From Candidatus Poribacteria bacterium (lineage in GTDB: Bacteria > Poribacteria > WGA-4E > WGA-3G): a DNA stretch of 64,000 nt. Below the pieces are notes generated by a model. That model saw only the letters and a program-made list of their open reading frames with translations, was not told the DNA's origin and did not search any database. The stretch spans positions 2,752,001 to 2,816,000 of the forward strand of contig CAXXLX010000001.1 in NCBI GenBank assembly GCA_963665235.2, in the 5' to 3' direction. Shown in pieces: positions 38,376 to 47,464 of this stretch (the stretch's first letter is position 1; each line of letters starts with the position of its first letter). The position numbers and the translations under genes are program-made.

Positions 38376-41300
38376 TATAAACGCTTCTCTCTTCACCATA
38401 GTAAGAATCATAGATATGCTGATAAACTGACTCAGATTTTTGATGGAACAGCTCTCGCGTGTAGCATTCGGGCAGGTCTTCACCAAGTATATTGTCAACG
38501 ACAAGTCTGACTTGTGCGCGTGTTTGTGTCTGTTTACGCCAATCCAAAACCAGCTTCTCTCGCTTGAGCGTCTCAAGCAATTTCCTCACAGTAGTTTTTA
38601 CCTCGTCTCTTTCAGGAACAGTGAGTTGGGGCTCGGGTTGTGTCAACAGATCGAACACCGCCAATTCCTCTTCAGAAAAGTTTTCAGCCTTGGCGCGTTG
38701 GTATTCCTGCTGAAGTTCGCCAGCGAAGTTGAAAAGCCCCTCAACGTAATTATCAATACTAAGAGTGCCTGCGTTGTATTCCGCAATCATCTGCTCAAAT
38801 TTCGTCTGATAATCCATCCGACTTCTGTTGAGGCGAATCATCGCGGCGAGTTCGCTGTTGAGCGCACCTCTGAGCCGTTCCGCCTCAACGCGTTTGTATT
38901 CCGTATTGAATTGTTCGCTTAACTGGTCAAAATCAATTTGGCTTAAATCTATCGGCCCTGTATCGTAGGCATCCGGCGGTACTTGAATGAGATAGGCTTC
39001 AGATGCAATGGACCGGTCGAGTAGGTCCTCTACTTGTGTCATCACCCCGGAGATGTCAGCGGGTGGCGTTAAATTCCTTATTTTCTGTGCGATAATATTG
39101 ATTAGTTGGCAAATTCTGGTAAACGCATACACATCGGGGTCGGGTAGAATCGCTCTGTAGAGTTTCGTGACGTTCGTTGCAAATTGCAGATAACGTTTTT
39201 TGGTTTCATCGTTAATCAGGATGCGTTCCATTAACTGGTTGATGTGACTGACCTTTTGCCAAGTGTCATCCGTTTGGGTTTCTGTCAAGTCAACACCGAG
39301 GCCTTCACAGAATGCGGTGATTTCGATGATTGCCTCTCTAAGTTTTTCAACCAATTCCGACTTATCTGCAATCGGTTTCTTGCCCTCCACATCGGGCCCA
39401 GTTGCATAAATCGCTAACGCCTTTTCAAGATTACGGAAGACCCCGATGTAGTCAACAATCAAACCGTTGTTTTTATCACCGAAGACGCGGTTGGCTCTGG
39501 CGATAGTTTGCATCAAGGTATGGTTTCGCTGCGGTTTGTCCAGATAGATTGTAGAACAGGATGGCACGTCAAAACCTGTAATCCACATTGCACAAAGGAA
39601 AACAATACGGAACGGAGCATCAGGGTCTTTAAATTTGGTCTCTAAATCCTCCGTGTTCATACGCCTGCGGTGCGGCGTGATGTCCACACCCTTTTGACTG
39701 AGGTCATCGATTTCATTTTGTCCCGGAGAAACTACAACCGCCATATCGGTCTCTTCCATGTAATGAATCCTTTCCTCTAAAAAGCCTCGCTTGCTACCGG
39801 TCTGTGTGGTTCGTTCCGATTTTAGACGTTCGGTCTCCCGTTTCCAATGTTTCTGTACCTTATCGTACATCTTGACAGCAGTCGCTTTGTCAATTGAGAT
39901 GACCATCGCTTTCCCCTGATACCCTCTGCCCATAAAGTGCTTAACGATATCTTCGGCGATGGTTTCCAATCGTTCATCACGTGTGATCAGATGATATTCT
40001 CTGGCAAACTCGTGTTCGAGCTTAGCCTCTTGTGCTTCGTCCAGCTCGGCATCTTCAAGAATCTGTTCCATGTCCTCGTTGAAGTTTTCATTTGTCAGTT
40101 GTAAGGCAGGCACACGGTTTTCATAATAGAGCGGGACAGTTGCACCGTCGAGGATAGATTGTTTAAAGTCATAAACGCTTACATAGTCCCCGAACACCGA
40201 TTTTGTTTTTTCTTCACCTGCTATAAGCGGCGTGCCGGTAAATGCAATGAACGCGGCATTGGGGAGCGCGGTACGCATATTCAACGCCAATGTATCGTAT
40301 TGACTGCGGTGCGCCTCATCGGTGATGACGACGATGTCTGACCGCTCCGAGAGAACGGGGTGCCGCTCGCCATCTCGCGTCTGGAACTTGTGAATCAGCG
40401 TAAAGATATAGCGATGGTCTTCACTGAGGAGTTGGCGAAGATGGCGGACACTTTCCGCATGAACTTCTTGCTGCATCAGGACACCACTTGCACTCGCGAA
40501 GGTCTTATAGATTTGATTGTCCAACTCCTTCCGATCGGTTACGACAACGAATGTCCAGTTTCCCGGTAGTTTTCTAAGCACCTTCTGTGCAAAGAGGAGC
40601 ATAGAGATACTTTTCCCGCTGCCCTGTGTATGCCAAAACACACCAAGTTTGCCTCGGTTATCTTCAATCTCCTTTAGCGATTGGATTGTGTTGTTGACAC
40701 CGAGGTATTGATGATTTTTGGCGAGAATTTTGACGGAGCCCCCTTGTGCTTCCATAAACAGGATAAAGTTCTCAACAACATCAAGTAATCTTTGGTGTTC
40801 ACAAAGTACCTGCAGCATCGTTGCCAAAGAGGCTTCGGGGGTTTCATCTTCACGATGCCTCCGCTTCCATTCAGCAAAGTGTTCCCAACTTGCTGTGAGG
40901 CTACCAACCTTACTGTCTGTGCCATTAGATAGGATAATGAAGCCGTTGTACCAGAAAAGGTGAGGGATTGTGTCTTTGTAGTCGCGGAGGTTGCCGTTAT
41001 AAGCCGCGTAGAGGTTCACGTCAATCCGTTTGAATTCCATCAGGACAAGTGGAAGCCCGTTGACGAAACAGACGAGGTCCGGACGTTTGGTATACATGTC
41101 ACCGGTAATCGAGAATTGCGATGCTGCGAAGAAATCATTATTCTCCGGCTGTTCCCAGTCTATAACCTGAAGGACTTCAACGGATTCAGCTTCAGCATTG
41201 GGCTCGGTTATAACCACCGTCACACCATCTTTCAGAAGACTATAAATCTCGCGATTGGCTTCAACAAGACTCATAGATTTGCGGGAGCGGGTGAGCTCTT

Positions 41301-41523
41301 CAATCGCAGCAGCGATGGCCTCCTGCGTCGCTTCAGGATTGAGCCGTTCCAATGCGGACTGAAGTCTGGCGGTTAGCACAACTTCGGATTTGGTTTCCCT
41401 ACCGACCGGACTTTCATCGCCGTGACTGAATTCGCTATAGCAGTTTCGCGTCTCCCACCCCATTTCTGCTAGCAGTGCAATTGCGGGTTGTTCTATGAGT
41501 TCATCTTCGCTGTATGCGTTCAT
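38359..41523 (-). CDS. hsdR: Type I restriction enzyme subunit R
   Basis: 'RPDLV.FVNGLPLV.MEFK', 'WHTQGSGKS', 'DEAHRSQY', 'FTGTP', 'TGFDVP', 'QTIARANR' and a DUF3387-like C-terminus. Confidence 0.97.
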   Translation of the reverse strand: MNAYSEDELIEQPAIALLAEMGWETRNCYSEFSHGDESPVGRETKSEVVLTARLQSALERLNPEATQEAIAAAIEELTRSRKSMSLVEANREIYSLLKDGVTVVITEPNAEAESVEVLQVIDWEQPENNDFFAASQFSITGDMYTKRPDLVCFVNGLPLVLMEFKRIDVNLYAAYNGNLRDYKDTIPHLFWYNGFIILSNGTDSKVGSLTASWEHFAEWKRRHREDETPEASLATMLQVLCEHQRLLDVVENFILFMEAQGGSVKILAKNHQYLGVNNTIQSLKEIEDNRGKLGVFWHTQGSGKSISMLLFAQKVLRKLPGNWTFVVVTDRKELDNQIYKTFASASGVLMQQEVHAESVRHLRQLLSEDHRYIFTLIHKFQTRDGERHPVLSERSDIVVITDEAHRSQYDTLALNMRTALPNAAFIAFTGTPLIAGEEKTKSVFGDYVSVYDFKQSILDGATVPLYYENRVPALQLTNENFNEDMEQILEDAELDEAQEAKLEHEFAREYHLITRDERLETIAEDIVKHFMGRGYQGKAMVISIDKATAVKMYDKVQKHWKRETERLKSERTTQTGSKRGFLEERIHYMEETDMAVVVSPGQNEIDDLSQKGVDITPHRRRMNTEDLETKFKDPDAPFRIVFLCAMWITGFDVPSCSTIYLDKPQRNHTLMQTIARANRVFGDKNNGLIVDYIGVFRNLEKALAIYATGPDVEGKKPIADKSELVEKLREAIIEITAFCEGLGVDLTETQTDDTWQKVSHINQLMERILINDETKKRYLQFATNVTKLYRAILPDPDVYAFTRICQLINIIAQKIRNLTPPADISGVMTQVEDLLDRSIASEAYLIQVPPDAYDTGPIDLSQIDFDQLSEQFNTEYKRVEAERLRGALNSELAAMIRLNRSRMDYQTKFEQMIAEYNAGTLSIDNYVEGLFNFAGELQQEYQRAKAENFSEEELAVFDLLTQPEPQLTVPERDEVKTTVRKLLETLKREKLVLDWRKQTQTRAQVRLVVDNILGEDLPECYTRELFHQKSESVYQHIYDSYYGEERSVYSEQPH

Positions 41524-41633
41524 TTGTTCCGATTAGATTGCAGCTCTACCAACTGCTCGCGCTCAGCTTTGGGCAGTTGATGTATGAGTGATAATAGTTT
41601 TTCGAGGGTTATCGGTTCAGAAATTTGAATCAT
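41520..41633 (-). CDS. 37-aa mini-ORF translationally coupled to hsdR (MIQISEPITLEKLLSLIHQLPKAEREQLVELQSNRNK)
   Basis: GGAGG RBS. Its TGA overlaps the hsdR ATG (ATGA). Not in the supplied ORF track. Confidence 0.5.
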   Translation of the reverse strand: MIQISEPITLEKLLSLIHQLPKAEREQLVELQSNRNK

Positions 41634-41664
41634 TGCAATTTACCCTCCAAGAAGTTATCGGTTT

Positions 41665-42207
41665 TCAGGCGCGTTCACGCCTCACCTCTGCAAGTGCTTC
41701 CTCAAAATCACGTATTACCTCTTCCTCTGGCGTATCAGCAAACTTAGCGTGGAAATAGGCAAGGGTTTTATCCCACTCCTCCCGAAACTTTTTGCGCTCA
41801 CTCTCAACTTCGGTGCGGAAGCGCGAAACGATGTTCTGCCACTGCGTTGGTGTACCAGATTCGCCTTTCTGAATATCGGGTGCGAAAAACACCTTGTCAG
41901 ACAAATTACAATCTTTGACGATTCGTTTAACCTCACTAACAATAGGTTTTGACACATCCTGTCGTTGCTGATCGGAATCAACGATAAAAATAATATAGCT
42001 ATCTTGCTTGAGATAATGCCCAATTGCCTTCCTTAGGCTGCTGCTTATAAGTGTGCCTTTTCTATGGCACTTGCGAAGTGTACTTCTTCCGGCTGTTCGG
42101 ATACCGATATCCCCAACCTGTCTCAATCTGATAAATTCATTTTCCAAAAACTTGACTGCTTTGGCATCACAATCCGATAGTAAATTCCAAACTCGGACGC
42201 TTAGCAT
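41665..42207 (-). CDS. TOPRIM-like (DUF4276-like) hypothetical protein with helical acidic tail, paralogue 2
   Basis: GGAGGAG RBS before ATG 42207. 'YIIFIVDSD'. Aligns by eye with 42228-42776. Confidence 0.6.
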   Translation of the reverse strand: MLSVRVWNLLSDCDAKAVKFLENEFIRLRQVGDIGIRTAGRSTLRKCHRKGTLISSSLRKAIGHYLKQDSYIIFIVDSDQQRQDVSKPIVSEVKRIVKDCNLSDKVFFAPDIQKGESGTPTQWQNIVSRFRTEVESERKKFREEWDKTLAYFHAKFADTPEEEVIRDFEEALAEVRRERA

Positions 42208-42227
42208 ACTGGCTCCTCCGTAAACAA

Positions 42228-42776
42228 CTACCGGGTGCATTCACGATCCTCGTGGATGAGATCGTCAACAAAATTTTCACGCTCGGTTTCAGTCATCGTG
42301 TCCCAATCTAAACCGCGCGAGGCACATAATTGTCGAAACCGCGTTTCGGCGTAAACCATACGTTTTGCTCGAGCGGGCTCTTCAATTCCCAGATGCACTT
42401 GCCACAACCGCGCTTCAAGTTCCGGAACCCCCAGCGCGAAAAACACTTTGCCCGCAAAGCTGGGGTCCGCAACAATCTGTTTAATCTGTTTAACAAGTGC
42501 TCCCGACTTTTGTAGTTGAGTCCCGTTCGGCACAGACTCTTGACTGTTAGCTATGAAAATAACGTAGTCATCTTGCTTGAGGTAATGCCGTACTGCCTTT
42601 TTCAGGTTGCCATTCAAAGATTCGACGCTCACATTAGGCATCGGGAACGCTTTGCTGCCAGCTGTTTGAATAGACAGATTACCGAGTTTCAAGTCTGTCG
42701 CTAAACGATTTCCCAAAGATTTAAGAACTTTAGCATCGTAATTAGATTCCACAGTCCAAATTCTTATGTTTGTCAT
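42228..42776 (-). CDS. TOPRIM-like (DUF4276-like) hypothetical protein with helical acidic tail, paralogue 1
   Basis: 'IWTVESNYDAK', 'GVPELEARL'. ATGA overlap with the upstream ATPase. Confidence 0.6.
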   Translation of the reverse strand: MTNIRIWTVESNYDAKVLKSLGNRLATDLKLGNLSIQTAGSKAFPMPNVSVESLNGNLKKAVRHYLKQDDYVIFIANSQESVPNGTQLQKSGALVKQIKQIVADPSFAGKVFFALGVPELEARLWQVHLGIEEPARAKRMVYAETRFRQLCASRGLDWDTMTETERENFVDDLIHEDRECTR

Positions 42777-43945
42777 CCTGGTTCCTCCATTAAATCTTGT
42801 AGAAGTTCACTATGGAAAATGGCACTGCCGATTCCGAAATCCGCTATCCACCCCTCAAGTGCCTCACGTTTCTTACGGATATCCTCAAGGTTGAGGACTT
42901 CGGTGCCAAGTCCGGGGCGGTTGCGTAGAAGTAGAACGCCAAGCCAATCGGATAAATGCTCGGAGCTGAAGGTGTCAAGGAGTTGGGAACTATGCGTTGT
43001 AATTATCACCTGCGTTCGTTCCGCAAGACGCTCAAGTATGTACGCAATATCCTTCAGTGCCCCAGGGTGTAAACTTCGCTCCGGTTCCTCAATGGCAATC
43101 AGTGGCGGTAATTCAGATTGATTGAGTAAGGTGTTATATGCAAGAAGACGCGCTGTTCCATCAGAAGCAGCAAGTAAAGGTATTGGCTCCTTGTATCCTT
43201 CCAGAAGGCAGAGTTGGGATTCGCCATCAATTTTACGATAGTCTATATTGATATTCGTGGCAGCGGCTAAGGCTGCACTAACAGATCGGAAATCCTCTGG
43301 CGAATTCTCATACCACTCTCCGAGGATGGCCGGTACCCCTCCCCCATAACGATTAAGTTTTGGCAATTCAGGGATATTTTTTATACCAGAAAAAGTTCTA
43401 TCAGAATTAGTTCGTATGTAGCTTGGTTCAAAGTCATAAAATTCCCATCCTTGAATAAACTCTGTTAGCGCGCTCGTAACGGGTTTATGTCCATAATCAC
43501 CGGCAGATCTCAAAGCGAGTTTATTGGATGTGTATCTCGTTTCATTCTTACCATCTTCATCCTGAACTTGTCCTTCTCCATCCTGAATTGAGATGACTTT
43601 GACACTGTTAACCAATAATTCTTCGCCAACAGAAAGATCTTCATCTTTAGCTTTGAACACCAATGTATATTGCGCTAATTTCTCCTTCACTTTGGCGTGT
43701 AGTTCGTAGGTGATGTGGTCGGCTCCACCTGCCCAAAGGCGATCTCTGAGAAAATTCGCATGTGTAGGAGGGGTTTCAACACTCAGGATCCCTTTGAAAA
43801 GGTGTAATGTGTTCAAAGTATTTGATTTCCCACTTGCATTAGGACCAACAAGAATCGTCAGAGGCCTCAGGGGAAGCGTAATATTCCGCAAGCTCATATA
43901 GTTTTTGATATGAACTTTCTCTAAGAAGGATTTCACTTCAGACAT
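42773..43945 (-). CDS. ABC-type AAA_21 ATPase
   Basis: 'LVGPNASGKSN', 'ASDGT', 'IAIEEPERSLHP', 'ITTHS'. Confidence 0.9.
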   Translation of the reverse strand: MSEVKSFLEKVHIKNYMSLRNITLPLRPLTILVGPNASGKSNTLNTLHLFKGILSVETPPTHANFLRDRLWAGGADHITYELHAKVKEKLAQYTLVFKAKDEDLSVGEELLVNSVKVISIQDGEGQVQDEDGKNETRYTSNKLALRSAGDYGHKPVTSALTEFIQGWEFYDFEPSYIRTNSDRTFSGIKNIPELPKLNRYGGGVPAILGEWYENSPEDFRSVSAALAAATNINIDYRKIDGESQLCLLEGYKEPIPLLAASDGTARLLAYNTLLNQSELPPLIAIEEPERSLHPGALKDIAYILERLAERTQVIITTHSSQLLDTFSSEHLSDWLGVLLLRNRPGLGTEVLNLEDIRKKREALEGWIADFGIGSAIFHSELLQDLMEEPG

Positions 43946-44034
43946 AATTGTTTCCCTCTACTTAATCAATGTTAAATCGTAAACACCAATTATTTTAACA
44001 TAACACCGGTTTTTATGCAAAAGAAAATTCAAGG

Positions 44035-44120
44035 TTATTGAACACTAACGCTTGATTGTATGTAGTCAATGTCAAGTTCGGACACGTCAATCTCACCAGA
44101 GATGAGTTGGGGCGGAGAAG
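44035..44120 (-). pseudogene. hsdS: Duplicated hsdS 3' end remnant (PQLISGEIDVSELDIDYIQSSVSVQ*)
   Basis: 44066-44120 closely matches 44744-44796 within hsdS. Confidence 0.8.
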
Positions 44121-44135
44121 GGCACTAATAGGGTA

Positions 44136-44501
44136 CTAATTTGGTATAGGTCTCTGTCGGATGTCATCTTCATCGTGAACAACAAAGAGGTGTCCTGTCC
44201 AATCTGCTCGACTTTCAACTGCGTTGATTATGATTTGTGCTACCTCCGAAGGTAAACGGTTATCACGTCGGACACGAAACAGAATAACGCCGAAAGGGGC
44301 TTTTAACTTGTCGCGAAAGACTAAATCACCGAAGTCCTTGTCGTATGTGAGGAGAATTCGTCCTTCGGCTGTGGCACGAGAAAGCACCATTTGGTCATCA
44401 ATCCCAGGCGTTTCTTCCTCTATCCACACGAGGTCATGACCACGCGAACGAAGCATTCCTACTTCTAATCTGTTGAAGTTTTCATCTGCTAACAGACGCA
44501 C
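44136..44501 (-). CDS. DUF5615 family PIN-like protein (putative toxin)
   Basis: 'MRLLADEN', 'GHD', 'GIDD..VL..A..EGRILLT.DKDFGDL', 'GVILFR'. Confidence 0.9.
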   Translation of the reverse strand: MRLLADENFNRLEVGMLRSRGHDLVWIEEETPGIDDQMVLSRATAEGRILLTYDKDFGDLVFRDKLKAPFGVILFRVRRDNRLPSEVAQIIINAVESRADWTGHLFVVHDEDDIRQRPIPN

Positions 44502-45909
44502 GTGTCACCTTTTCTTGATACGTGCGACACGCCTCAATGTCCTCACGTGCAACGTTTGGGTAATTTTCAATAACTTCTTCCTCACTCCACCCCTGTTTCA
44601 GCAAGTCAAGGATAAACGCAACAGCTAAACGGGTCCCTTTGATAACAGGTTTGCCACCGAGTATCTTTTCGTCAGCATGTAAACGCTCTGTGAGCGGGTA
44701 TGGAATGTGTGTCCCGCCTTTTATGGGCTGCATTCCATCCACGTTAATGTCAAGTTCAGATACGTCAATCTCCCCAGAGATGAGTTGCGGGAGAAGTAGG
44801 TCTCGGGTTTGGCGGAGGTTTTGATTTCTTTGTTTAAGACTTTCCGTTTTTTGAAATATGCCAGTGGTGAAATCAGAGAATCGTTCACTTGTTTCAGAGT
44901 CAGCAACTGCAACTACTTTATTGTTAAGTTCTGTCCAGTACCGCTTGTATTCTCTTGTTTCAACAAGATTAAAAATTAAAAAAAATAAATATCCGACCGG
45001 CGTTTTATCTTTGGCGATAAAAGGGACTACGTTGGGGCCAAGAGAGAAAGGAGCAACCATTAATTGCATCTTACAAGTATGATCCCCAAAAATCACAATT
45101 GGGTCTTTTGGAGACGCATTGTGATCTGGTTCATTATCATGAAAACCTAAAAAGTCTGCACGAGACTGGTCAACCACAATAATCTTACCTGTTTGATCAA
45201 CATCAATCTCTCTATATGTTTTACCTGCTTTTAGACGTTTAACTATCTCTTTTACCTCCTTTACCTCCCATCCCTCTGGTATCGGTCCCAACGGTGATTC
45301 TACCATCGAGACATTCTCATGCCCCGGAAATCGGAAGTGGACGAACCATTCTCGGTAGAGGGTTTGTGCCATATCCTCAAGGATTTTGATGCGGCGGGTG
45401 TTGTTTGCAATCAGGTTGTCGTAAGCAGAGAGGACAGCGGCGATTTTGCGTTGGGTTTGAAGAGGAGGCACACACACCTCAAGGTTTGCAAACGTCGACT
45501 TTTTTACTATCGGAACTGCAACACCGGCAGCGATATTTTTCAGAACCGCTGTTTTGGTGCTAAGAAGGTAATAGACAAAGTATGGATCGTGCTTTCGTTG
45601 ATCCACTACAACGCTGTTGATTTGCTGATTTGTTACGCTGGGAACGGTTGTCATGCAAATTTTACCGATACTTGCAATGCAGACGACACAAACAGCATTA
45701 CAAGGAAGCAAGCGATTCTTATTGTATTCATATCCTTTCTGTGATAGAAATCGTTTGGTATGAACAAGGCGAGAATCTATTTCTATATCAGTTGGAGTGA
45801 TAAAAGGATACTTATTGCCGTAATACTCTGTTTTTTTAGTGGGCGGCGTAGACCCTGTGATTATTTGTCCCAAGTCATTGATAGTTACATTCCGCCATGT
45901 ATTCATCAT
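44482..45909 (-). CDS. hsdS: Type I RM specificity subunit S fused to a C-terminal DUF433 antitoxin domain
   Basis: Two TRDs with conserved regions 'PPLQTQRKIAAVLSAYD.LI..N.RRI..LE' and 'TRDLLLPQLISGEIDV', followed in-frame by 'ILGGKPVIKGTRLAV..ILDLL..GWS.EEV..NYP...EDI.AC'. Confidence 0.9.
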   Translation of the reverse strand: MMNTWRNVTINDLGQIITGSTPPTKKTEYYGNKYPFITPTDIEIDSRLVHTKRFLSQKGYEYNKNRLLPCNAVCVVCIASIGKICMTTVPSVTNQQINSVVVDQRKHDPYFVYYLLSTKTAVLKNIAAGVAVPIVKKSTFANLEVCVPPLQTQRKIAAVLSAYDNLIANNTRRIKILEDMAQTLYREWFVHFRFPGHENVSMVESPLGPIPEGWEVKEVKEIVKRLKAGKTYREIDVDQTGKIIVVDQSRADFLGFHDNEPDHNASPKDPIVIFGDHTCKMQLMVAPFSLGPNVVPFIAKDKTPVGYLFFLIFNLVETREYKRYWTELNNKVVAVADSETSERFSDFTTGIFQKTESLKQRNQNLRQTRDLLLPQLISGEIDVSELDINVDGMQPIKGGTHIPYPLTERLHADEKILGGKPVIKGTRLAVAFILDLLKQGWSEEEVIENYPNVAREDIEACRTYQEKVTRASVSR

Positions 45910-45936
45910 ATTGCCTTCTCTAAGTTTTCTCCAAAA

Positions 45937-46989
45937 TCATGGGTTATTAACTTCTATCATATTTAGGTTATGCTCTGCAAAGAATTTTTTGAGATCGTCA
46001 GTGTATTCGGAAATTGGATCTTGATCGACTATGCGAAACAATTCGCGACCAACCCGGGAAAGTGCTACCCCTGACACCCTAAACTCAGGTTTATTATCCC
46101 AATCTGGCGAGGGAAATAAAGCCCAGAACTTGCCTTGGTGTTGAAAAGGCGAAGGAATTGGATTGTCTTCATATACTATGCACGAGTTGTAGTCATACAG
46201 AGAGCACAATTTGTAGTCAGGCAGAGGAATGTCCCCCGAAAAAATTAGATTGTATTCGTTTAATATATTAAGTTGATCGAGGCCTAATCCATATTTGCTG
46301 AGAGCATTAGATCCAAGACTGCTCCCTAAAGGCAGAACTCTAGCATCAATAACGAGTTCGCTGTTTGGAATTCTGAAAGGCCCAATGACTACACATACTG
46401 AACAGAATCTTTTGAACAAAGCAGCAGTATTTTGATCGAGCTCACCGAGAAGGTTTACAGCCTTAATTGAATACGAGCCCGGTTGCCTAATTTCGCCTGC
46501 CAAGATACGACCGAAACGAAGCTGCATCTCTTCAGTGCTTTTTTTCCGCGCTTCTGTATCGAAACTGTTAAGCCAATCGTCGTCGATTACCCTTTCCTCA
46601 CGACTATCTGTCCCCTGATTTGGCGAATCAGTAGATTGCCCTTCATTAGGGGCACTTGCACCTTGATTTGTTAAACTATCAGGTTCCCCGTTTTTAAGCT
46701 CATTTGCAGCAATAGCGGAAATTTTATCAAGATTGAGCTGCTCCCGAATTATTTTTTCTGCGAATTTGTGGCCTGCTCTCAACGCATATTCCGGGTCAAC
46801 TTGTATCTGTTGAACAATTTGGGCGGTAATCTCTTCCCTAATTTTAATGCGGGCTTCCGATTCTGCTCGTTTTTCGGCGGATCTCCGTTCAAGAGCTCCA
46901 ACTGGTACATCAATTAAAGCGGAGCAAAGTCGGTCGAAAGCCTTAAATGCGTTTCGCCTGATTGGGGCAGGGATAGTTGAATCTAACAC
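45937..46989 (-). CDS. DUF2806 domain-containing protein
   Basis: 'REQLNLDKI', 'IDDDWLN.F...A...STEEMQ..FGRILAGEI.QPGSYS'. The 5' end may be frameshifted (see findings). Confidence 0.8.
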   Translation of the reverse strand: MLDSTIPAPIRRNAFKAFDRLCSALIDVPVGALERRSAEKRAESEARIKIREEITAQIVQQIQVDPEYALRAGHKFAEKIIREQLNLDKISAIAANELKNGEPDSLTNQGASAPNEGQSTDSPNQGTDSREERVIDDDWLNSFDTEARKKSTEEMQLRFGRILAGEIRQPGSYSIKAVNLLGELDQNTAALFKRFCSVCVVIGPFRIPNSELVIDARVLPLGSSLGSNALSKYGLGLDQLNILNEYNLIFSGDIPLPDYKLCSLYDYNSCIVYEDNPIPSPFQHQGKFWALFPSPDWDNKPEFRVSGVALSRVGRELFRIVDQDPISEYTDDLKKFFAEHNLNMIEVNNP

Positions 46990-47097
46990 AACATCAGTGA
47001 CAACGTCAAGTGCTGTGTGTGCTTCATCCTCAGTTGTTGAATGTAAATCAGGTTTTTTTGTCAGGCATTATGAAATCCTTTTTTTGATAGACGCGCT

Positions 47098-47301
47098 CTA
47101 TTTTGTTATAGATATGTTAATACATTTAACTTGCTCATCCTCAATTGGTGTCAAGTTGTGACGTAATTTAAGACTGACCTGAATTTCCACTTCTTCGGTT
47201 TCGTCCCAATAATCGGCGAGGTCATGCGTGTCCCAAAATTCGCCGATCTCCTCTGGTGTTGCATCGGGAGGCGGCATTGGGTCTCGTTTTTTGTTTTTCA
47301 T
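47098..47301 (-). CDS. CopG/BrnA-like antitoxin N-terminal protein (orphan, possibly truncated)
   Basis: 'EEIGEFWDTHDLADYWDETEEVEI' pattern. No adjacent toxin gene. Confidence 0.6.
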   Translation of the reverse strand: MKNKKRDPMPPPDATPEEIGEFWDTHDLADYWDETEEVEIQVSLKLRHNLTPIEDEQVKCINISITK

Positions 47302-47464
47302 ATTTTCATTATACCATGTTTTCCAGAATCTTTGCCAGATTGTTGCAATGTCTGGGGGTGCAAAGTTTTTGACAATCAGACCCCACCTCTTTTGTAGAAG
47401 GCGTTCAACCTCGATAGCACAGCAATGATTTCACAGTAGTCGGATTACCGATAGCCTTATCTAT

